Source of the DNA: Parasphingorhabdus sp.
GTDB lineage: Bacteria > Pseudomonadota > Alphaproteobacteria > Sphingomonadales > Sphingomonadaceae
DNA: 64,000 nucleotides
Assembly: GCF_039977335.1 (NCBI RefSeq)
Contig: NZ_JBDWDI010000002.1
Location: forward strand, 68,122 to 132,121
Direction of reading: 5' to 3'
The position numbers were made by a program, and so were the translations under genes. The notes under the pieces are model-generated. The model ran no database searches, had not been told where the DNA came from, and saw nothing but the letters and a program-made list of their open reading frames with translations. Below are positions 58,849 through 64,000 of the stretch, in pieces. Numbering within the stretch: the first letter of the stretch is position 1; each line of letters starts with the position of its first letter.

Positions 58849-59991
58849 ATGAGCGACAATAGCGCCCTCGATCTGGCCAAACGCCTGATCGCTTGCCCGA
58901 GTATCACGCCTGCTACCGGTGTCGTGTTTGACGAAATGGAAGCGATGCTCAAACCGCTGGGTTTTGAGGTATCGCGCTTTATCGCTGGCGACCGGCCGGA
59001 AGACGAAGGTCTGGGTGGAGCGGTGGAAAATCTCTTCGCGATCCGCAAGGGATCGGAAGGATCACGGCATTTTTCTTTTGCCGGACATCTCGATGTTGTG
59101 CCTCCCGGTGAAGGCTGGGGCAGCGATCCTTTTGGTCCTGAAGTCAAAGGCAACCTGCTCCACGGACGCGGCGCGGTTGATATGAAGGGCAGTATCGCTT
59201 CCTTTGTCAGCGCCTTGCACAATCTGCCCAGCCAACTCGGTACGATCAGCCTGATTATCACGGGTGACGAAGAAGGCCCGGCACGCTTCGGCACGGTTGC
59301 CTTGATGGACTTGATGGCAGAGCGCGGCATTACACCTAACCTCTGTCTGGTCGGCGAACCAACGTCCGTTAACCGGCTGGGCGATATGATGAAAATCGGG
59401 CGGCGCGGGTCGGTCAATATGTGGATCACTGTCAACGGGATGCAGGGCCATGTTGCCTATCCGCATCTTGCCGACAATCCGATCACCAAGCTAGGTAAAA
59501 TCCTCAGCGAGATTGACGCGGTTCGGCTGGATGAAGGCACGGACTGGTTTCAACCCAGCAATATCGAATTTACCGATATTCATGTCGGCAATCCGGCACA
59601 CAATGTCATTCCCGCCAAGGCCGAAGGGCGCTTATCGATCCGGTTCAATGATCAGCATAGCGGCGATAGCCTGAGCGGCTTGGTTCGCGAAATTGTCGAG
59701 CGCAATGGTGGCGAGCTGAACCCGATTATCTCCGGTGAACCGTTTCTGACGCCGCCAGGAGAGTTGTCCGGGCTGATTGCCGATGCGATTACCGAAGTGA
59801 CGGGCGTGGAGCCGGAATTGTCGACAACGGGCGGAACATCCGATGCGCGATTCCTATCGAAAATTGTCCCCGTTGTGGAATTTGGCCTGTGCAATGCAAC
59901 GATGCACAAGCTGGATGAAGCGGTCGCGGTTGATGATCTGGAGCAGTTGGCGAAAATATACGCGTTGGTCGTGGAAAGGGCGCTGGCTTAG
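58849..59991 (+). CDS. dapE: Succinyl-diaminopimelate desuccinylase
   Basis: FAGHLDVVPPG, GRGAVDMKG, ITGDEEG, VGEPT, GGTSDARF, MHK.DE. Confidence 0.95.
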   Translation: MSDNSALDLAKRLIACPSITPATGVVFDEMEAMLKPLGFEVSRFIAGDRPEDEGLGGAVENLFAIRKGSEGSRHFSFAGHLDVVPPGEGWGSDPFGPEVKGNLLHGRGAVDMKGSIASFVSALHNLPSQLGTISLIITGDEEGPARFGTVALMDLMAERGITPNLCLVGEPTSVNRLGDMMKIGRRGSVNMWITVNGMQGHVAYPHLADNPITKLGKILSEIDAVRLDEGTDWFQPSNIEFTDIHVGNPAHNVIPAKAEGRLSIRFNDQHSGDSLSGLVREIVERNGGELNPIISGEPFLTPPGELSGLIADAITEVTGVEPELSTTGGTSDARFLSKIVPVVEFGLCNATMHKLDEAVAVDDLEQLAKIYALVVERALA

Positions 59992-60012
59992 AGGATTTTG
60001 TGCTCCGTAAAA

Positions 60013-60573
60013 CTACCGCCGTCGCCGCAAAATAATATACAGCGCTCCCGCCCCGCCATGGCGAGGATGCGCGCGCCGGACCGCCGCGATATGCGACGCG
60101 TGCCGCGATGCCGCCAGCCAATCGGAAATCGCTGCCCGTATCGCCCCGCGACCGCCTTCGCGCCGCCGCTGATCCTCGCTGCGCGCTTTGCCAGTGATCA
60201 GCAATATCGCCCGATGACCAGCTGCAATGCTCAATTCCAAGCCACTATCGAGCCGACCATGGGCCGACGACAAAGTATATCCGTGTAGATCAATGGTAAC
60301 ATCGGGCTGAACCACACCCTTGTTCAACCGGCGGTCCCAATGGCCGTCCAGTCCCGCTTTTTCCGGAACCGCGACCTGCTCTCTTAGCGGAATCGCCTTG
60401 GCTGGTGTGCCACCGAATGTCGCCGCCGTAATGGGTCCGCGCACCTCCGGCAGCTTCTTCGCCACTGGCATGGCTTTGACCCGGCTGACGCGCGCCTGGT
60501 CCAGTGGCTCTACAGTCTCGATGACTTTCTGCCACAGTGCCTTTTCACCGGCGGTAAGGGGCCGGTCAGACAT
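60013..60573 (-). CDS. Smr/MutS2 domain protein
   Basis: IDLHG.T...AH, LLITGK, HGGAGALY..LRR. Confidence 0.9.
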   Translation of the reverse strand: MSDRPLTAGEKALWQKVIETVEPLDQARVSRVKAMPVAKKLPEVRGPITAATFGGTPAKAIPLREQVAVPEKAGLDGHWDRRLNKGVVQPDVTIDLHGYTLSSAHGRLDSGLELSIAAGHRAILLITGKARSEDQRRREGGRGAIRAAISDWLAASRHASHIAAVRRAHPRHGGAGALYIILRRRR

Positions 60574-60578
60574 CCGGC

Positions 60579-61883
60579 TTAATTGCCTTGCTGGCTTTGA
60601 AGCAGCTTGGCAACGCTGCCTTTGGGTAGAAAGATCAACGCCTGTCCGCGTGAAGACATGCCGCCGGCAATTTGCGCGGCTTCTTCACCCGCGCCCCAGA
60701 AGGTGTCAAACCGGTTCGATCCCTTGATCGCGCCGCCCGTATCCTGCGCAACCCACAGGCCATCGGCGATATTATGTTCCATATCGAGGAAAACCGGTGC
60801 GCCCAGCGGCACAAATTTACGATCTGTTGCCACCGAGGTGCGGCCAACAACCGGATGACCCATCGCGCCCAGAGGGCCGGGACCGGTCAGTTCGCGAAAG
60901 AAAATATAGCTCTTATTCTCCCGCATGATCTTGCGCCCCTCTTCGGGGTTGGCGCGCAACCATTCGACAATACCTTGCATATTGGTCTTGCCATCGGCGA
61001 GTAGTCCGCGTTCGCGCATCACCCGGCCGATGCCGGTATAGTCGCGGCCATTTTGCCCGTCATAACCGATCCGCATAACGGACCCATCCGGCATGGCGAC
61101 GCGGCCAGAGCCCTGAATCTGCAGGAAGAAAAATTCGATATAATCGGATGCCCAAGCGATTTCGAGGCCCTTGCCCTGCAGCGCGCCATCGTCAATTTGG
61201 GCGCGCTCCTCAAACGGGATTAGCTTGGTGCCATTCACCTTGCCTCTGATACGCTTGTCCTTAAGCTCCTCAGAAAACTGACCTAGATCGACATCAAGCA
61301 GGTTGGAGGGGCGCTTGTAAATCGGCACCTGACTACCATTGCTGCGCACGCGTGACCCTTGAATCTGTGGTTCAAAATAACCGGTGGCAAAGGCCTTGCC
61401 ATCGCCAACCTGTACCGCTTCGAAATAGCTTTCGAAGAAACGGCGGGCGTCATTGTCTTGCCAGTTTTTAGCGGCATCGCAGGATTGCCGCCAGTCTTCG
61501 CCCTGGGTCAGGCCGCTATTGTCAGTGCGGCGAACCAGCGAGCTGCAGCTGGTACGAAAAGACCGCAGTGCTGCGCTTGCTCTATCCGATTGCAGATTGA
61601 GTGATGCAATGTCTGGACCCCGCGCAATACCGGCTCCAGTTGCTCTAGTGTCGTCGCCAGAAATAGGCGTGACCCGATCAGAGGCGATGGCCTCGAAAGT
61701 TCCGGCCGTCTGTTTAACCGGTGCTTGCCGGACCGGATCACGCGTTGGCTGAGCCACTGGTGGTGGGCCCGCAACCCATTCCCCATCTTCGGCAGGCGCA
61801 CCGCGCGCTGCTCCTTCAGGAATGATCGATAGCGAACATGCGCTCAATAGCGCCGCTGCGCCTAAAATCCCCCCGAATTTCAT
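60579..61883 (-). CDS. mltA: Membrane-bound lytic murein transglycosylase A (lipoprotein)
   Basis: Lipobox LLSAC; ATGYFEP, FFLQIQGSG, NKSYIFF, AQDTGGAIKG.NRFDTFWG.G. Confidence 0.93.
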   Translation of the reverse strand: MKFGGILGAAALLSACSLSIIPEGAARGAPAEDGEWVAGPPPVAQPTRDPVRQAPVKQTAGTFEAIASDRVTPISGDDTRATGAGIARGPDIASLNLQSDRASAALRSFRTSCSSLVRRTDNSGLTQGEDWRQSCDAAKNWQDNDARRFFESYFEAVQVGDGKAFATGYFEPQIQGSRVRSNGSQVPIYKRPSNLLDVDLGQFSEELKDKRIRGKVNGTKLIPFEERAQIDDGALQGKGLEIAWASDYIEFFFLQIQGSGRVAMPDGSVMRIGYDGQNGRDYTGIGRVMRERGLLADGKTNMQGIVEWLRANPEEGRKIMRENKSYIFFRELTGPGPLGAMGHPVVGRTSVATDRKFVPLGAPVFLDMEHNIADGLWVAQDTGGAIKGSNRFDTFWGAGEEAAQIAGGMSSRGQALIFLPKGSVAKLLQSQQGN

Positions 61884-61911
61884 GATCTTGATGCTTTGGC
61901 CCACGCAGGAC

Positions 61912-62601
61912 TTACGCTTCATCAGTCTCGTCGAGTATCCAATTTGGATCAGCGCTGGAAAGGTCGCGCATGAAGGTCCAGACATCATGCGTATCCACTG
62001 CATCGGTCAGCGAACCGCCAATCAACTTGCCATCCTTGTCTTTCACAACAGCCGCAATATCGGCATCAAAGCGTACGGTGATCCGGGCCATCCGGCGATC
62101 ATAGTCGGCATCAACAATCCGTGCCTCTTCGAACCGCACGAGGCGATTTTCCAAAACTTCGCCATTTTTCTCGCGCGCATCAATCGCTGAGACAAAGCTT
62201 TCATAGACATCATCGTCGCAAAGCTCTTTGAGCTGTTCGCGGTCGCCGGTCCAAAATGCTTCCAAAATCATGCCATAGGCTGCTTTTGCGCCTTCGACAA
62301 AACGTCCGGCATCAAAATTACGGTCAGCATTGATAATCGCGCGCATGCCCGATTCGGCTGCGGTGTCATAAATCATCGTTGGCTCCGGCGGCGGAGCGGA
62401 GGATGCAGGAACGATATCAGGAATAGGACCATCCCGATTATCATCACGCACAGTCCGATCTTGCGGACGCTTATCCAAGCTATTCTCTACGTTTCGAGGG
62501 GTATGCTCCTGCTCATGGCCGGTGCGTTTTCCCAAAACGGAATAGAGGCGCAGGCCCAGAAAGGCAGCTACCATCGCTAAAAGAACAATCTCGATAGTCA
62601 C
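61912..62601 (-). CDS. Tim44/TimA-like adaptor protein
   Basis: AFLGLRLYSVLG.RTG, F..GAK.AY.MI..AF..GD, W.F.R......PNW.L..T. Confidence 0.88.
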   Translation of the reverse strand: MTIEIVLLAMVAAFLGLRLYSVLGKRTGHEQEHTPRNVENSLDKRPQDRTVRDDNRDGPIPDIVPASSAPPPEPTMIYDTAAESGMRAIINADRNFDAGRFVEGAKAAYGMILEAFWTGDREQLKELCDDDVYESFVSAIDAREKNGEVLENRLVRFEEARIVDADYDRRMARITVRFDADIAAVVKDKDGKLIGGSLTDAVDTHDVWTFMRDLSSADPNWILDETDEA

Positions 62602-62629
62602 GATATCTCCAATATCTTATTCCCCCCTT

Positions 62630-62658
62630 ACATAGGCGGGAAGTGCGCCAGTTTCAAA
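62630..62658 (-). promoter_or_regulatory. RpoH-like promoter for tim44-mltA-smr
   Basis: Minus strand TTTGAAA-N15-CCTATGT. Confidence 0.5.
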
Positions 62659-62926
62659 TGGCTTTCATGTCTTTGGCGCTTCTCGACGCGTCTTTAACCC
62701 GCCATTCACAGGTTGGCTAATCGAATATCGCATAGTTTAGCCGTAACTTTGTGAACCTGCACTTACGAAATTTTACTTATGTCAGCCAGTTATCGGTAGA
62801 GACAAGCCAGCGAACCCGGCGTGAGAGGCATTGCTCTGTCCCCGATCCCCTGCTAGGCGCGCTGCAAACGGGGCGTAATGATGCTCCCTGGCCTATCATA
62901 TGTAATTTCCCGAAAGGATGAGCCAC

Positions 62927-63439
62927 ATGGCTGATGAAAATGACAATATCACAACAGCGGATCCAGCAGCCAATGGCGCAGATAACCAGCCGCAAATTGG
63001 CGTTATCTCACAATATGTGAAGGATCTGTCGGTCGAAAACCCCAATGCACCTGATGTGTACCAGTGGGAAACCCAGCCCCAGATTGACGTACAGTTTAAC
63101 ATTGGCTCCAAGCCGGTGTCTGACGAAGTGAATGAAGTAGAGCTGAAAATCGACGTTGTCGCCAAGGCCGATCAGGGCGTCGCGTTTCAAGTGGAATTGC
63201 TTTATTGTGGTCTTTTCGGCCTGCGCAATGTCACAGATGAACAGGCTCATCCGTTCCTGTTTGCCGAAGCACCGCGCCTACTCTTCCCGTTTGCTCGCGC
63301 AATTATTTCAGATGCTGTCCGCGATGCGGGTTTCCAGCCGCTGATGTTGGAGCCGATTGATTTCACCGCGCTCTACATGCAGCAGCGTGAACAGCAGGCC
63401 GCAATGGAATCCGGAGAACAACCGGTTGGTAACGCCTAA
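62927..63439 (+). CDS. secB: Protein-export chaperone SecB
   Basis: QYVKDLSVENPNAP, AFQVEL.Y.GLF, EAPRLLFPFAR..I, L.L.PIDF.ALY. Confidence 0.95.
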   Translation: MADENDNITTADPAANGADNQPQIGVISQYVKDLSVENPNAPDVYQWETQPQIDVQFNIGSKPVSDEVNEVELKIDVVAKADQGVAFQVELLYCGLFGLRNVTDEQAHPFLFAEAPRLLFPFARAIISDAVRDAGFQPLMLEPIDFTALYMQQREQQAAMESGEQPVGNA

Positions 63440-63493
63440 GCATAACGCCTTCGGGGGCATGACTAAGCTGCAGACCTGCCATAGGGCGCGTCT

Positions 63494-64000
63494 GTGAACC
63501 TGCTAAAATCCACTGGAACCATTGCGGGCCTGACTATGGTCAGCCGCATATTCGGATTTGTACGTGACATCATGCTCGCGCGGGTGCTCGGTGCCGGTGC
63601 CGCAGCTGACGCTTGGCAGCTGGCCTTCCAACTCCCCAACATCTTCCGGCGGCTTTTTGCCGAGGGCGCCTTTTCGGCGGCCTTTGTGCCGCTGTTCAAT
63701 CGCAAGATGGAAGAGGACGAGCAGCGCTCCGCTGCGCAGAATTTTGCAATTGATGTATTGTCGGTGTTCGTCCCGATCCTACTGATTTTCTCGGCCGTCA
63801 TGATGCTGGCCATGCCCGCGATCATCTGGTTCATCGATGATTTTGGCGAAGGCGGCCGGACGAGCGATTTTTCGATTAGTTTGGCCCGGATAACTTTTCC
63901 CTATCTTGGCCTTATCAGCCTCACTACGCTTTTCGCAGCGATCCTCAACAGCGTTAGCCGCTTTGCCGCCGCAGCTGCTGCGCCGATCATGCTCAATATC
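63494..64000 (+). CDS. murJ: Lipid II flippase MurJ (partial, runs off the window; absent from the ORF track)
   Basis: GTG start; NLLKSTGTIAGLTMVSRIFGFVRD..LA.VLGAG..ADA...AF.LPN.FRRLFAEGAFSAAFVP. Confidence 0.95.
   Translation, partial: MNLLKSTGTIAGLTMVSRIFGFVRDIMLARVLGAGAAADAWQLAFQLPNIFRRLFAEGAFSAAFVPLFNRKMEEDEQRSAAQNFAIDVLSVFVPILLIFSAVMMLAMPAIIWFIDDFGEGGRTSDFSISLARITFPYLGLISLTTLFAAILNSVSRFAAAAAAPIMLNI

Noticed and set aside
54530-63439. Replication origin near rpmH/yidC/secB
   Set aside because: No dnaA or hemE, no cluster of DnaA boxes, and no extended AT-rich unwinding region in the window.

Overview
This is a ~64 kb, moderately GC-rich chromosomal segment of an alphaproteobacterium. 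Gene content and order suggest Sphingomonadales (inference). It is mostly core genes: hisN, rpmI-rplT, pheST-prfC, metXW, hisC-tyrC, ftsEX with a ZitP-like gene, tRNA-Leu(GAG), uppP, gltD-gltB, fzlA, ubiG, lysC, coq7-dsbB-ctpA, an M23-bactofilin pair, proA-nadD-rsfS-rlmH-envC, comM, rpmH-rnpA-yidD-yidC-engB, dapE, smr-mltA-tim44, secB and a partial murJ. I saw no CRISPR array, rRNA, intact integrase or intact transposase. Several features are invisible in the ORF track. (1) A full-length but structurally broken tRNA-Leu(CAG) lies on the minus strand, converging on tRNA-Leu(GAG). (2) A decayed island at ~43.97-45.16 kb holds a Rep_3-like initiator relic with two nonsense mutations, a DHFR-fold cargo gene and three copies of a 20-mer, and it sits at a probable inversion breakpoint separating envC from ctpA. 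(3) Related short palindromic sites (GTCCGCTTT..AAGCGGAC type) sit beside two AT-rich accessory genes, suggesting a single-gene cassette system. (4) lysC has a probable internal start for a beta subunit. (5) The rpmH leader contains a terminator-like hairpin, and a nested REP-like palindrome sits between yidC and engB. All family assignments come from motif recognition, not database searches.
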